A stretch of DNA of 64,000 nucleotides from Amoebophrya sp. A120. Lineage: Eukaryota; Protista; Dinoflagellata. Within the stretch, counting starts at the first letter, position 1. Every line of letters starts with the position of its first letter. A model generated the notes under the pieces. It searched no databases and was not told where the DNA came from. It worked only from the letters and a program-made list of their open reading frames with translations. The translations under genes were made by a program, and so were the position numbers. The stretch is taken from NCBI GenBank assembly GCA_905178155.1, contig CAJINV010000010.1, forward strand, positions 2,748,587 through 2,812,586. The letters are read 5' to 3'. This document shows positions 11,401 through 23,515 of this stretch, piece by piece.

Positions 11401-12069
11401 ACTGCTCCATCCTCTACTTCCGCTTCTTCTGAAAGCAGGACCTCGAACGACATCCAGAAAGACCCGCTGCACTGGCAAAAAGTCGACCACGCGGTGCTGC
11501 TAGTTGGGTGGGGCGATATGGATTGCAAAAGTGTCTGGGTCTGGAAATGTGGAGCTTGTGATGCGTGTCTTGCATTCCTGGAGAATCTGTGTTGCATGAG
11601 CAGCAAAAGAGAAGCTTGCTTCGTCATTGCAAAAACGCATTTTGTGATGCATGCTAGGCATCAGCAGGCGTCTCGAAAGCTTGTCGTGCTTGGCTGCCAT
11701 TACAAGAGCTTCCTTCATGCTCAAAAATTCAGCATCACAGGTCTCCAGATCCAGACACTTTTACAATCCATAGACGAGGAACTCGGGCAAAAGTACTGGA
11801 CCATTCAGAACTCCTGGGGCCCGGAGTGGGGCGAAAGCGGGTACTTCCGGATCGCGCGTGGGGTGAACGACTCGGGGATTGAGTCGATTGCCGTGGCCGC
11901 GGATGTGGTGGAGGCAGAAGTCGCCTCGAACGTTTTTGATGGCACGTCCAGGCCGCCCGCTGCATCCGAGACGAGTAGTGGTTCTGTTACTGGGGACGCG
12001 ATCGCGAACAAAGAAGCCTCGACGAGAGACGAATTCAATGCTGTTTTCTTTTCCAATGTAGAAGCATAG
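8485..12069 (+). CDS. CTSC: Cathepsin C / dipeptidyl aminopeptidase (papain family C1A, alveolate DPAP type)
   Basis: Exclusion domain (DLPVHC...CGHKRPD, WTMVYDEGFEI); catalytic QKACGSCY, DHAVLLVGWG and QNSWG motifs; GCDGGYPFL; one in-frame introner. Confidence 0.92.
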   Translation: MKKSMEMLFPLTKQREERQGSSSCRRFFRNSNTLAIAAFSFCSLYFHPVTTRADLPVHCLRNDVAGKWVFQLHKTGKQRTTCGHKRPDLATEEPSLLRFDAIPGSEKLEMRIELRGEEQEDHTKAKSAMADEAQAAQAHAVAVARKLQQEDKENKHHVHQINSEPLTAPDNTEPFRRTDPVQATIPQLQNEHKLTARREATASAQTTSGAPRLVETGSWTMVYDEGFEIKFPTRRAAAPSGTVAVSASNGAANINANAPQLQHENQVQNLKFESMFMFSRFRPKSSGESTTKIPASPPPPSDKKSYESLCSETLVGWWKNEETGEFGCVRGKKEDVEVQKPQQLQQLPNNGQKEERDEPRVSFLQRVEQPASLSKEEELVHLNGHPNAIVEMNSAAAFVDHLQGGVPDGSNVPDAKESSHERTSTNTITPDWLRSKAATINGKNLGYRAKPYASRYAGLSYLQFRKKGGMVRKKILVEEKENIKPGDRSRDEGGGRGGFPATTRRAATLNTPSRSSTSTTVALFQEESKISREALRRHQSACDKAASSTSADAGGGTTTKGPSSTSESVYPVPAAVRKNFFKNSMVSGTTNSNTATPESVPIASHLLLTKEASELSELSPCVLQKLLEEQVYQSDEMLEIEKEFPKEFDWREYRLHSNNGGDVEVPAQQTINFLEAPMDQKACGSCYMVSTIRMLSARNRIRKFFEAMGEIKGRHKVEVQQHQATKQDNKMKSSAASAGQVLSISLMDDHRNSNYGAAASTSPAASSTTVEPFSISFPLYCSEYNQGCDGGYPFLASKWSEDIGLIPAKCFPYEVNENSSGEKVGKMCGKVDKKCVLEEMGKASARSGTSSTSSTSSTPSTSKVAAAGRRETTKTPVRMNMQVARGRMNHQSQQKSSDVPDHELDLKHLKLPKASNYRYVGGYYGNASVRAIMRELMEHGPLVVSFEPTEDFMLYAGGIFFNPTSSRASTSTTAPSSTSASSESRTSNDIQKDPLHWQKVDHAVLLVGWGDMDCKSVWVWKCGACDACLAFLENLCCMSSKREACFVIAKTHFVMHARHQQASRKLVVLGCHYKSFLHAQKFSITGLQIQTLLQSIDEELGQKYWTIQNSWGPEWGESGYFRIARGVNDSGIESIAVAADVVEAEVASNVFDGTSRPPAASETSSGSVTGDAIANKEASTRDEFNAVFFSNVEA
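11517..11772. mobile_element. Introner family A, in-frame and stop-free
   Basis: Family A TIRs; direct repeat GGCGA/GACGA; removal gives the canonical VGWGEELGQKYWTIQNSWG. Confidence 0.92.
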
Positions 12070-12926
12070 TTCTTTAGCTAGACTGCTTGCTTCGCTTATG
12101 GTTTTTACGCCACACACAGCGGGCGACCCTGACGTTTCCGTTTCTGCTTTTTTCTAAATGTGAAAAAGAAAAGACCGACTTTTTCAAAGTCAAACAACCC
12201 AAGTCTATTTCGAAGTAACAGCTGCCTACGGAGTAGTTCTACTTCTCTGTGGTGTTCGCGAAGTAAAGGATCTCTCTGAAGAAGATGATGAGGGTTCGCC
12301 TGTATTAAAAAGAAAAAGATATTAAAGTGGCGTTTCTACTTGAGGCTCCGATTGAGAATGACTCGGTTACTAGTTTGTTCGCACGAGAACCCATACTAGC
12401 TAGTACACATGCTGCTCCTGTCTAGCGCACAGCAGAAAGAAATACAGGCAGGCTCGGTGAAAGGTCAATCGGTCTGCACCCTGCCGCGTATTGTCGTGAA
12501 ATAAAACCGGCATCTTCGCTACTCGACTCGTGATAAAAATGTAAAAACCAGTTTTGGCCCCCATGTCATGAAATTTTGAAACTAGCCAAAGCCCACGGCC
12601 CCGTTTTTGTTTTCTTGTGAAAGAAAGTCGCTATGACACTGTCGTGTAAAACTATCAGCGCAGAACTTGTGAAGACCTCATTTTCGATCATCCATACTGT
12701 GTAGAGATAAGTGGGAAAGAAGAAGAACGTCTCCCCGGTATTGAAATTATCGTTTTGGACTTTCCCTTCAGCTTTTGGATAGCCTAACATAACCTGACCC
12801 GTGCGTCGTTTCACATAGATTCAAGTTACTCTAAACTCTACTATACCTTGTTTTCTGCCTCCTATTTAGAAGAGATCCTGCTTTTTGCACACTTTTTTTT
12901 TCGCTCACTTCGACCGTCCGACGAAA

Positions 12927-14874
12927 ATGTTTCGCATCTTCCGAGGTGCAACAAGATCCAGCGGGGAAAATAGCTCGTCGCTGAAGCCAGGCACTACTGC
13001 TCTCAACAGAAGCGCGGATGACGAAACAAACGCGAATAACCTGATCCTTGTCGAAGATGGCCTTACCAAAGGTGCACCTGCTAAAATGAACGACCACGAC
13101 GCCGCGCAGCGGCAAACTTCCACGGAGTCCACCCGTTCGTCCATCGACACGGAGGACATTGAGGTGTTGGATCCGCTGGAGCACAAATGCCCGATCTGCT
13201 TGTGCGATTTTGGAGAAGAGGAGAAGGAGGAGTTGCTGTGCAAAACCACCTCTGAGGACGCGAAGACCGGAGCTGCAGGTGGACCATCGCACCAAACCAC
13301 AAATCCGAAACACGTCTTCCTGCCTTGTTGCTACGTGGCGCTGCATGAGGAATGCTTACTCGGCGTCTTGCGGGGGCAGCAAATCAAGATTGATCTACCG
13401 GGTACCAACCAAGATTTTGATTTCAACACCGCGATCCAAAAAGCCAAACACAAATCCTGTAAGTGCCCAGTGTGCCGGCAAGAATTCGTGTTGTCCGCCC
13501 TAGTCCAAGACGCCGAATTCGTCAAAAAACTGGACCTCCTAGCCACGACAAAACGGGAACTTTCCCGGAAGGACCGAGATTCGATCGCGATTAACTACGC
13601 AAACAAGGTGTTTCTCGGGGTTTTCCTAGTCGGATTCGGGGTGCGGGAGATAATTGTTGTGCTTCTGCAGTCGGCGAAATCGATTCTGAAATCCGCGTTT
13701 GGAGCGGAGATTTTTGTCTTGAAGAAGGTGAAATTGGGTGGCGATTTCGCGATGGAATTTTTGGTGCTAGGAGGGCAGATTGTAACCGAGAAGGCGGTTT
13801 TCGCTTGGGAGGAGTATATCGAGCCGGCGGCTGCTATGACAGCGGATGTGGGGAGGAAGGTATAGAAGTACAGGTTTCGAACTAGGACAATAAAACACCA
13901 CTTTTCATATGCTATTTCTGATGCGTGAAGTCTACTTGCAAGTGATTTTGTCATGCTGAAATCCACCAAACCCAATTCAGGTTTTCGTCACCACGATCAT
14001 CCGCCCTGCGGAATTCCTCTGGAAGCAGTCCGCACATTCCCGCCACGTCCTTGCGGATGTCACTCGACAAGCGCTCCACTACTGCGGACTAGCCATGGTC
14101 AAAACCACTGCTACTCTCCAAGATTTCCTCCTCGCGCCCACCAAGATTGTTTGCAAGTACGTGTTCTTCAAAGCCAGCGAAGTGGTTTTGAAATCTGGGT
14201 ACATTATCGGGAAATATGTCGTTTTTCCAGTCGGGAAAGCCGTTCTCCACGGGTTGTTTTTCACCTTCGACGTGGCAGACAAGTATCTGTTCCAGCCTGT
14301 CTCCACCGGTACGCAATTCGTCTTCAACGATTTACTCCCGAAATCGCTTGACTTCACCTACGAAATTGCGAAGAAGATTTGGAGGACAAACTACGAGAAA
14401 ATCGTGAAGCCTGTGATGAATTCCGCTAGAAAAGCAAAGGAGTTGATTTCGGTGAAGTTCGTCCACCCGACGAAGGAATTTTTGGTTATCGCAAAGAAAA
14501 ACGCGGGCGAGAAATGGGAGTACTACGTCATCCCTGTGTGGGGAAAAACGAAGGAGAACGCGAGAGCCGCGGTGAGGACGGTCAAGGTCAATTTCCTTAC
14601 CCCCACGGCAGAAAAAGCGAAGGAAGCGATGGCGGCAATCAAGGAGAAAGTGGTTGTCACTGTGCAACTAGCGGAGGAGAAGCGGCTCTATTTCCTGAAA
14701 ATTAGTCAAGACGGCGTAAAATCCGCAAAGGAAGAAGCGAGACAAGTGTGGCGGAGGATAACAGCAGCGTCTGGAGGAGGTGCTGCTGCTGACAGGTCTA
14801 AATCAGTGAAGGGGGACGAAGAAGAAGAAGAACAGCATATTACTCTCGTGGAGAAGCCGGTCAAGCAGGAATAG
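12927..14874 (+). CDS. RING-finger protein with hydrophobic/amphipathic segments (putative membrane E3 ligase); GT-AG intron 13860-13980
   Basis: CPICLC...PCCYVALHEECL...CPVCR; joining AAG|GT...CAG|GTT links ORFs 12885-13865 and 14095-14874 in frame. Confidence 0.75.
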
Positions 14875-16241
14875 CGATGCGGCATGAATGATAGTCAAGG
14901 GGAAAACGTGACTAGTAACCGGCTACTAGTTTAGATTCGGTTATCCTTCGTAAGCTCTGGCGCTTCTGCAGACTCACATTGTACAATACTCAATCAGTTT
15001 CTTTTCGTTCGCGTTAGATCAGCTGTGAATTGATAAACTGAGCAGCTGTCGTGTTTTTGGATCGCCTTTCGTTTTGTCTTGTGTACAAAATGCGAATGAT
15101 GCTTAGTGCATCCAGCTTGATTGGTAGCATTGATTTTGCTTTTTTGGTTTTTTAATAGAATTTAGATTCCCGGTTGATGAAAATAAGCATTTGAGTCCCA
15201 GTCGGTCTCAGCAGGGTTTCGAGTGCGCTGCGGATAGGTACTTACAACCTGCGATTTTTGGGCGGCGCTTTCGAATGTCGGAACATGTGTAGACACAAGT
15301 ACCGTGTCAAAAATCGGCCTAAATTTCAAATCCGACTTGCTTTATTTCTACTTTGCCTCGCAGCGTGTACGTAGTTTTCTCTTTTGTAAAAATCAAGATT
15401 TCCTCCCTCCCAAAGATCACTTCTCCGCGACGGAGAGGCAGGAGGAGCTTTGTACACTATGAAAGACAGCCTGGTGCTGCTGTTAACTGTTTGCCCCTGG
15501 ACAGACCATAATTTTGAAAATGAAACGATTTATGATCTTCTAGTGAAGATTTTTCCCCAGAAATTATCTGGTGCACTGCCAACGAGCCACAAGATCCGCT
15601 GCGTTTTCTGAACACCAACAGCTCCACTTTTCTAAGCAAAAGTTCTAGTTCATCGGTCCCAAAGCGGTATGGTTGTAGATCTGTACCCAGGATTTAGATC
15701 CGATGGTGTTTTCGCGCATGGCAATTCTGCAAATTCAGGTCTGCGAACGAAAAGCGCTCCGACTAAAAAGCAGGATCATGCTCTTCGATCTGAAGCGAGC
15801 ACAACAAACTATCGATCCTGATTTTAATTACTAAGGCTAAGTAAAGATCCCGATCCGACGTCGAACGAGACGCAGTCGTTTCATATCTGTGTGATATGAG
15901 GAGTCTAGCTCGTCTCCTATCTCGAAAGAGGAGACTAAATTTCCACACGAAGGTTCGGAATTCTGCAGAGGGACAAAATGAAGATCTCCTGTAGTTCGGG
16001 CAGATGCAGTAGAATTTAAAGATCATGTCCACATCGCGACGTTTTCCCGCTTGAAGATCTAGGAAATTTAAATTCTGCAGATCCTGCTCTTTGATGGTCA
16101 TCTTGTCATTGCGCCAAAAATTTAGATTCTGACTACTACTACTTCTTTCTCTCACCTATCCAACAGGGACCTGATTCAGGGGTATATCAGTACTATACAG
16201 TAGGTACACAGAAGTAACAGTCACAAAAACACCACATCAAG

Positions 16242-17057
16242 ATGGCGACCTCTTCTATCAAGCAGAAGATCGTGAAGAAGCGCACGAAGACCTTTCGTCG
16301 CTTCCAGCAGGCCTCCCTGAACAAGACCAAGGGCAACTACTTCATCCGCATGCGCACGGGATGGCGCAAGCCGAAGGGTATCGATAACCGCGCCCGCCGA
16401 AAGTTCCGTGGAACGACGATTATGCCCAAGATCGGGTATGGGTCGGCCAAAAAGACCAAGCACATGCTGCCGAATGGATTCTACAAATTCAAGGTACATA
16501 AAGAATTTCACTTCAACTATAGGCTTCTAACCTGATTCAGATGCTGCTTTTTACTGGACTGGCACACTGGCTGATGATCATGGATCTTCAGTGTGAGTAG
16601 AAAATTCTTGTGCGTGATGTGAGAGACATAACTGAGCCAGCCTCGAGATCACCTAACAACAATATTTACATGGCTTGGTAAAACGGAAAATGCAATTCCG
16701 GCTCTCGTTGCGCTTGCATGTTTCTGAGTGGTCTTCATTTGTCCTTCTGACTCTGCATGCAGAAAATATTGGTGCTTTCTAGGAGTGAACGTGCTTCAGA
16801 CGCACAAGAAAGTCGTCTGCAGTGATCATGCTCGTAGACAACTGTTACGCATATTACAAACCTCTCCAATCTCCAATTCCCCACAGGTCCAGCAGACCTC
16901 CGACTTGGATATGTTGTTGATGCACAACGGCAAATTCGCCGTGGAGCTGGCCCACAACCTGTCTTCCCGCAAGCGCCGGGAGATCGTCGAGAAGGCCGAG
17001 CAGATGGGTCTCTACATCACCAACAAGTTCTCCCGCGCCGTCGCGGAGGAGGCTTAA
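16242..17057 (+). CDS. RPL32: 60S ribosomal protein L32 (eL32); GT-AG intron 16494-16886
   Basis: [14 protein letters not shown]...[17 protein letters not shown]...IGYGS...HMLPNGF; exon 2 LDMLLMHN...AHNLSSRKR. Confidence 0.97.
16567..16640 (+). ncRNA. Putative intronic box C/D snoRNA
   Basis: Terminal stem CTGGC/GCCAG directly flanking box C (TGATGA, 16572-16577) and box D (CTGA, 16632-16635); 74 nt, inside a ribosomal-protein intron. Confidence 0.75.
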
Positions 17058-18889
17058 GATGTGCTTCTGGAAGAAGCGGTGTATCGAAAGTCGATTGTTG
17101 AATTGTGGATGACTGGATTTCTACACGAAAGGGAAATTGAAACTGTTACAAGGACAACTCTGTAGTCGAAGTTATACATCAAAGAATTTTAAAATGCGCG
17201 CTTTCTTGAATTGCGGTCTCGAGGAACAGAAATCGCAACTGCATTTGTAGCAGCATGGAAAAGTAAATTTAATCTTTCGTATTTCAGGAGAGAGACGCTT
17301 TGCTTTCTACTGCTTGCAGGCAGTTGTAGAGAGGTCCTCGAGCAACCACGATGATGCTGTGATGTAGACTTGATGACGGAGACGGACTGAATCACAACTG
17401 CTAACTACTGTACTGTACCGGTGAACAAAAAAAAAGAAGAACGCTGCTAGCGTTTGTGGAGCTCCCTGCATAAACCAAGTTGTTTGTGCTAGTGCACAGT
17501 GATGTTCTTGTGTCGGCAGATTGGCATTTCCTCGTCGTTCCGAAGTTTGCCTTTGCGCGTTGGTACCTGGTAACGGCATGTGAGAATGCAATTACTTACG
17601 TTTACAAGCCTGGAGAGATTCTTGTGTGACGGGCTCTCGAGGGACCACTGAGTGTTTTGTGACTACTGCTGGGTCAATGCGGATGTTTTGACGTCACCTC
17701 GACGGATTGGTTGACCAGGACTCATGCATTGACTTGGAGCGATTCGCGGGGCAAGCCGAGTACTATAGGTCTGAGCCTTTAGGAGAAACTTTTTGTCGTG
17801 GATTTGAAATGAGCGAGCATCCGCCGTCAGAGGCCCAGCTGTGTAAAATCCCAGGAAATCAATGTAGCAACTGCCGTCTCGTGGTCGTCCGCGCAAACGA
17901 GCGTTCTTTTTCGCCAGATAAAGGAACAACATGATGGCGCCACTGTGCGTGGCAGCCGCGCGCTGGCATGTTTCTGAAGGTTCGCCCGGTTTGTCAGCCG
18001 CTGCGATGTCCATTGGTTGCCCGCGACAGGGGGCGCAGCGTTGTTCCAGATAGTGAACAGCCCCCCGGCACGGCATTGCGACGGCCGCGCCGAACGATAG
18101 CGGTGAGGAAACTAAAGCCCATGGGCGCGACAGCGTCGGCGGCCACGCTGCTGGGCCGCGCCGAGCGATGTCGGCGATCAAGAGCGCGACGAGTGGCGCC
18201 CTGGCCCATCAACGTGGTGGCGCGCCATGTGCGCGCTGCCTTCGTTCTGCCGCAGCAAAGGCGCGGGAGTTGGAGCCCCCCGCGCGAGGGGCCACCCGCC
18301 CGACTTGGTCGCAGTGGGCGCCGGCCGCGCGCGCCATCCCTGTGCGCGGCGCGCGGGGCCGCGCCCTCCGTGCTTGCTATTACGCGTGGCGCGTCTCAAT
18401 GTGTGGCCATTGACCCTCCGGCCGTCCGAAATAGCGCACGCGTCCAGAGCGGCGGCCACACACTCTTCTGGGGAATCCCGCCCTTCTATAGGGCGATCCA
18501 TCTAATTGCGTAGTCCGCCCCAGCTTGGCGTGGTTTCGCGCCCGTTCTCTCTGATGCGCGCGCGCAGAGCCGACCGCTGCTGTTGCATCTAAGCGCTTGG
18601 CGCCTATGTATTGATCTCGCCAACGCCGCGCAGGCGGCGGCCAATCAAATGATGCGTAGGCGTGGCTCGCTTGCCACCTGCCAAAGTTCCGCGGTCCAGG
18701 TGTGACCCGGCCCCCTGCATTACGAGGAGAGACGGCACACACATTTCGGTTGCAATCTTGCAGGCACGACCCGCATTGCAACACCAACGCCGCGAGTAGC
18801 TGCGGCGCTTTGTTCGCTTGTTGCTGCCACACGGGCACAGTCTGCTGCCATGTTCTTGAAAAATATCATCAACAAGAAATGAGATTATG

Positions 18890-21800
18890 ATATCCTCCAC
18901 ACATGAACATGATGAATAAACATTAACATGCACTCAAATTCTTTGGAAATCAGAATCCAATCTAGTATATTACTCATTTATTAAAATATCATATGGGAGT
19001 CTGTAATCATGAGATGATGAGTCACCAATCATAATGAATCGATTTCAATCATGGAGCTAAGGCAAGACCATGGATTTTTTTTTGATTGAATTTCTTGATA
19101 TCGATATTAGTTTCCTCAATCAATATCATAGAGATAATGAGGATGGATGTGGGAAAATTTATTCTCGTGAAGTCGAATGTGTTAGTGTGAAATGAAGAGA
19201 GAGAAAAAAAAATTCAATATCGAAAAAGTTCATGTGAAAATATCAATAGATTGGTGATTTTTCAGATTCTGATTTCTGATGAAAAAATTATTTTCCATCT
19301 CATCCATGACCATGGAATTCAAAATGAAATCGAAATTGATCTGAATGAAAGAGGAAAAATTTGATTAATCATTTGAAAATATTTGAGATGAATGGAGAAT
19401 GTATAAAATTCAATCTTGGGTCTCCTCATAGATGTGAAGGGTTCGGTGTTATCATCATATCAAAGATTGTGAGAATAGGGTGTATGTTTCTTCGATAGAT
19501 TTCATTCATTTTATATCTGTATGCATGTATATCTCCTCAACAATTCATATCATTATTCGATATCCCTCGAAATAATTCTTCATGGATTTCGATATGGTGG
19601 GACAAATTACAAAAATGGAACCCTGTGGAAATTGCTAAAAGTCGCAGAATCCATCGTAGCATCGTTATGGCGCAACCGTAGAATCGTGGTATCCATCAGG
19701 CAGCCGGGCCCGGGCAAATTTCGGCCATTGAAATCCATCGGCATAAAAGAGCACTAATATAAAAGCTTGGGCGGGGTGTGTTTCATCGGCTACGTGGTCT
19801 GCCTTGCAAGGGGCCCCGTTTTGTTTCCTTCCCATACGTGGCGCGTGGCGCCGAGGAAGGACGGGCCGGGCCCCGCCGGCTTTGGTGTTTTTGTGCCTCC
19901 ACGGCCCCGGGGTGTTTTGTTTGAGTTTTTGCCCGCCTCTCAAGCGCACGCGCGCCGCGTGCCTTTTCTCTTTCCAGCTCCCGGGCTGCTTTCGCCGGGC
20001 TCCACCTGGATGGCAGCTGGGCCGGTGGGGTCTTCGGCCAGTCTATGTGGCCTCGCCGCGTTTGGGAAGGGGCGACGCGCGCTGGCGGCCTTGGCGTTTC
20101 GACAGGTTTCGTCCCCACCGGCATTGGCGCCGTCCCCCAGTCGGGGTCTTTTCGGAGGGGCGTCGTCGTTTGTTGGTCGACAGGGAGTGGCGGTTGTTGC
20201 GAAGGACTGTGGGGTTTGCAATATTAAACCCAGCAGTAACCTTCGCAATAACCTCTGCAATAATTGTTGCATTAAAAATGCAATAAAATGTGCTTTAATT
20301 TGTTTTCATTGAAATCCTTAGGGATTTCAGTGCGTAACAAATTAAAGCAAATTTTAATGCAAATATTAAACAAAAATTAAACTTAATTTAAACCACAAAT
20401 TACACCGCTTGTAAAGCAAAACAACAGGGCAAGGTGAGTCCAGGGGGGGGCGTCGCCTCCGCGCCGCGGGGGGGTGTTTGGCGTGATTATTTCGGCAAGC
20501 AAGACCCGGGCTCCGCAGGTGTGGAAGCAGCCGGCATTCGTCCGGTGTTGCGCCGGATGTGGCCGGCGCGTCCGTGTCGCTTTGGTGTTTCTGCTGGGGG
20601 TGGGACTGGGGTTGTCGAGTTTTTGCCCTCGGCCGGTTTTTCCTCGTGGGGCTTTGTTGGCCCCGCATTTTTTGGGGGCGAGGTGGACAGGGGCCAATGG
20701 CTCACCCGACCACCCCCATCCCGGCCCCCTTCCAGCTTGATTGCATCGAAACCCATAGGACCGGGGCGGCCTGGCCCCCCTGCCTTGGTCCTGGCCAAGC
20801 CGCGCGGCGTTTTCGGTGTGCCCTTTGTGGGGTTTGGGGCCGGCTCTGTGGGATCAAAGTCATCACTTCGGCCAAGAAATTAAAACACTTTTATGCTGAC
20901 ATTACACCGGGTAGCTTGCCCGGGCCCGGCAGGCTGATATCCATCGTTATGGCTCGCCGCAGCATTAAAAATGCGCAAGTAAGAAGGCGCCAAAGATGCG
21001 AAAAAAATAAATTGCTACCTTTGTGTCCGTAACATGAGTGTATGAAGGTAGTGATTTTTTGCGCACCTTTGGGGATTTTTTGCGCGCATTTCCGACATTA
21101 TTGCGAACCGTCATGTTGCTTCATTTTCTGCGCTCCAACCACCAAAAAACGAAACCCGCAAGTAAGAAGGCGTCAAAGGTGTGAAAAAAATTGCTACCTT
21201 TGTGTCCGTAGCATGAATGTATGAAGGTAGCGATTTTTTGCGCATCTTTGGGGATTTTTTGCGCATTTCCGACACTATTGCGAGCCGTCATGTTGCTTCA
21301 TTTTCTGCGCTCCAACCACCAAAAAACCCACAGGATTCCATTTTTGGAGCTTCCACAAGATTCCATTTTTGTAATTAAAAATCCCACCATAGATTTCGAT
21401 CATTTTTTTTCTACTTTCCGAAAATGATATCTTCCACATATGATGGATCAAAATATTCCGGAATCGATATGGAACGAAATCCCTATACCCTAAATTGAAA
21501 ATGAGAAAGAATCTTTTTTTCCATTTCACCCGACATCATGGGATTTGAATTTTTGGAATTTCTCTATCTCTAATTTCAGAATGAGAAAATGATGGATATT
21601 TACATTCTCAAAGATTGCAAATGGAATGAAAACGAATATCATTGGATTTTTTTTGAAGAAAATATTGCTCCATCTGAAAATATGAATCCCATCAATTTTC
21701 AATTCGATTTATTGGAAGAAAATTCGGAATGAAACTCAGGATCTTGAAAGAATCTTGAAATTTTTTTTCAGAATTAGAGCTTCAGAATGAAGGGAGAAAT

Positions 21801-22085
21801 TAAATTATTTTGCAGACAGATTCAATCTTTAATTCAATGCATGTTTATTGTTCTGAAAGAATTTCATCGATGATCAAGAGAAAGAATTGAAATACGGACC
21901 ATGAGGATTTTTTAGGGCCTTGAACCTTTGAAACCAAACCATGCCCAGGCGCGAACAGAAAGAAAGAATCTTCGAGAATCATCTTGATTATTTGTCGATT
22001 AATATCTGACCACTTTCATCATATAATTTGAATTTTCCACGAATATGGAATGATGATACACATGACGAAAATTGGTGATATACTA
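18890..22085. repeat. Large degenerate foldback structure (AT-rich arms, inner inverted repeats, GC-rich interior); ends approximate
   Basis: Inverted pairs 19594-19630/21351-21390 and 19695-19717/20916-20938. Confidence 0.6.
20974..21327. repeat. Tandem direct duplication of ~175 bp
   Basis: CGCAAGTAAGAAGGCG...CTCCAACCACCAAAAAAC at 20974-21150 and 21157-21327. Confidence 0.9.
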
Positions 22086-22286
22086 GCCAGGGGGAAGGAG
22101 TCTCTATCCCGCAGCGAAATCGAGAGCACTGGGAAGGGGGAAGCAGAACTAGAAGGGGAGGACGGGGGGGAAGGGTGCGGCTCTGTCAGCTAGTCAGTTT
22201 CCGGTAGCCATTGGGGTCCTGGTTGTGTCGATGAGATTCGAGACGCGGCCTCTCTGCTCTTGGCCAAATATATTTGCGGAGCTCTT

Positions 22287-23515
22287 GTCAGTTAGAAACC
22301 CCGGGGCGGTGGCGGCCGCTAATTTCCAGCTAATTTCTGCGGGATTTTTTCAAACCCCGACAAGCGGGATAATAGTTGAAGGCCCAAGCCCGAAAAAGCG
22401 ACAACGCAAGTTGCCGCGCGCGAGGTCCCAAAACAATCAGGAGAGGGGCTCCAGGACAAGAAAAACAAAACAACGAGAAGCAGGCCGCCTTCTACACATG
22501 GAGCATGGCAACGCCGGCAATCTCGCACAGGATGAATTCCCACAAAGCAAAACCCCAAATCCCAAAACCGCCCGAAAAGCAAAGTCAACCATTGAACACC
22601 CCACCCAGTTACAGCCATACGAAACACCCCCCGCGGGCGGCTATTTTCGCTGCTAATTCTGCGGCTAATTTTGTTTCTATTTTTGGGCTCTATTTTCTAT
22701 TCTAATTTTGCTTCTATTTTCGTATTCTGAGTCATGTTCTATTTTCGTATTCTAAATCATGTTCTATTTTTGGGTTCTAAATCGTATTCTATTTTGGCTT
22801 CTAAATCGTGCTTCTATTTTGCTTTCTATTTTTTGCGGGATTCGCATGTTCGAGCGGCTGCTTTTCAACTTCTAAATTCGCGCTTCGGAGGATTTCCTTT
22901 GGAAATCTCCAGTGTCGCGAAAAATAGAAGTTGAAAAGACAGCCGCCGAACACGCGAATCCCGCAGAAAGATAGAAAGCAAAACAGCGAGCACGTTTAGA
23001 AGTCCAAAATAGAATACGACTTAAAGCCCAAAAATAGAACGCTTTCGAAAAGCCCAACGACAATGGCTTTGCGAAAGAACGAAACAGGGAGAGGGTGCAG
23101 GGATAGCAACATTGGCCACACGGCCCAGGTCTTCACAACCCAAGCCGAAAATCCGAGGGCCCCCATGAAAACCAGACCACGAGCGCTGCCCTCCACCTTC
23201 GGGGCCACCCGGGTACGAAAATACCAAAGAAGCCCCCGCGGCGTTCGAAATTCCGAATCCCCTGCAAACGGCCCTAATTTTTAAATTTTAATTTCCGTCG
23301 CGGCTTTTCATTGAAAAACACACGCGGGGCCAACGGGGGGATTTGAAAAAAACCCGGCCCCCCGGGCGCGGTGGAAAAGGGTGGAACCCTGCGGGCCCGG
23401 GAACCTTCAGCGCCCGAGGAGGAAAACCACCGCCCGCCCTAAGGGCTTCGGGGAAATCCCGCAAAAATTAGCTGGGATTTAGTGCCTCCCGCGGCCCGCG
23501 GGCTCTCTGACTGAC
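22287..23515. mobile_element. Non-autonomous TIR/foldback element, ~1.23 kb, candidate 4-bp TSD TCTT
   Basis: Imperfect ~65-bp inverted termini GTCAGTTAG...GCGGGATTT / AAATCCCCGC...CTGACTGAC; TCTT on both flanks; internal ~110-bp inverted repeat (~22760-22873 / ~22926-23040) built on TTCTATTTT units. Confidence 0.65.

Noticed and set aside
17660-18840. Many overlapping ORFs in GC-rich DNA (similarly 19770-20880 and 40620-41450)
   Set aside because: Open frames on both strands reflect high GC; no domain or rRNA motif was recognised.
22201-22216. CCGGTAGCCATTGG resembling the dinoflagellate spliced leader
   Set aside because: Only a partial match; it lacks TTTTGGCTCAAG and a downstream GT donor.
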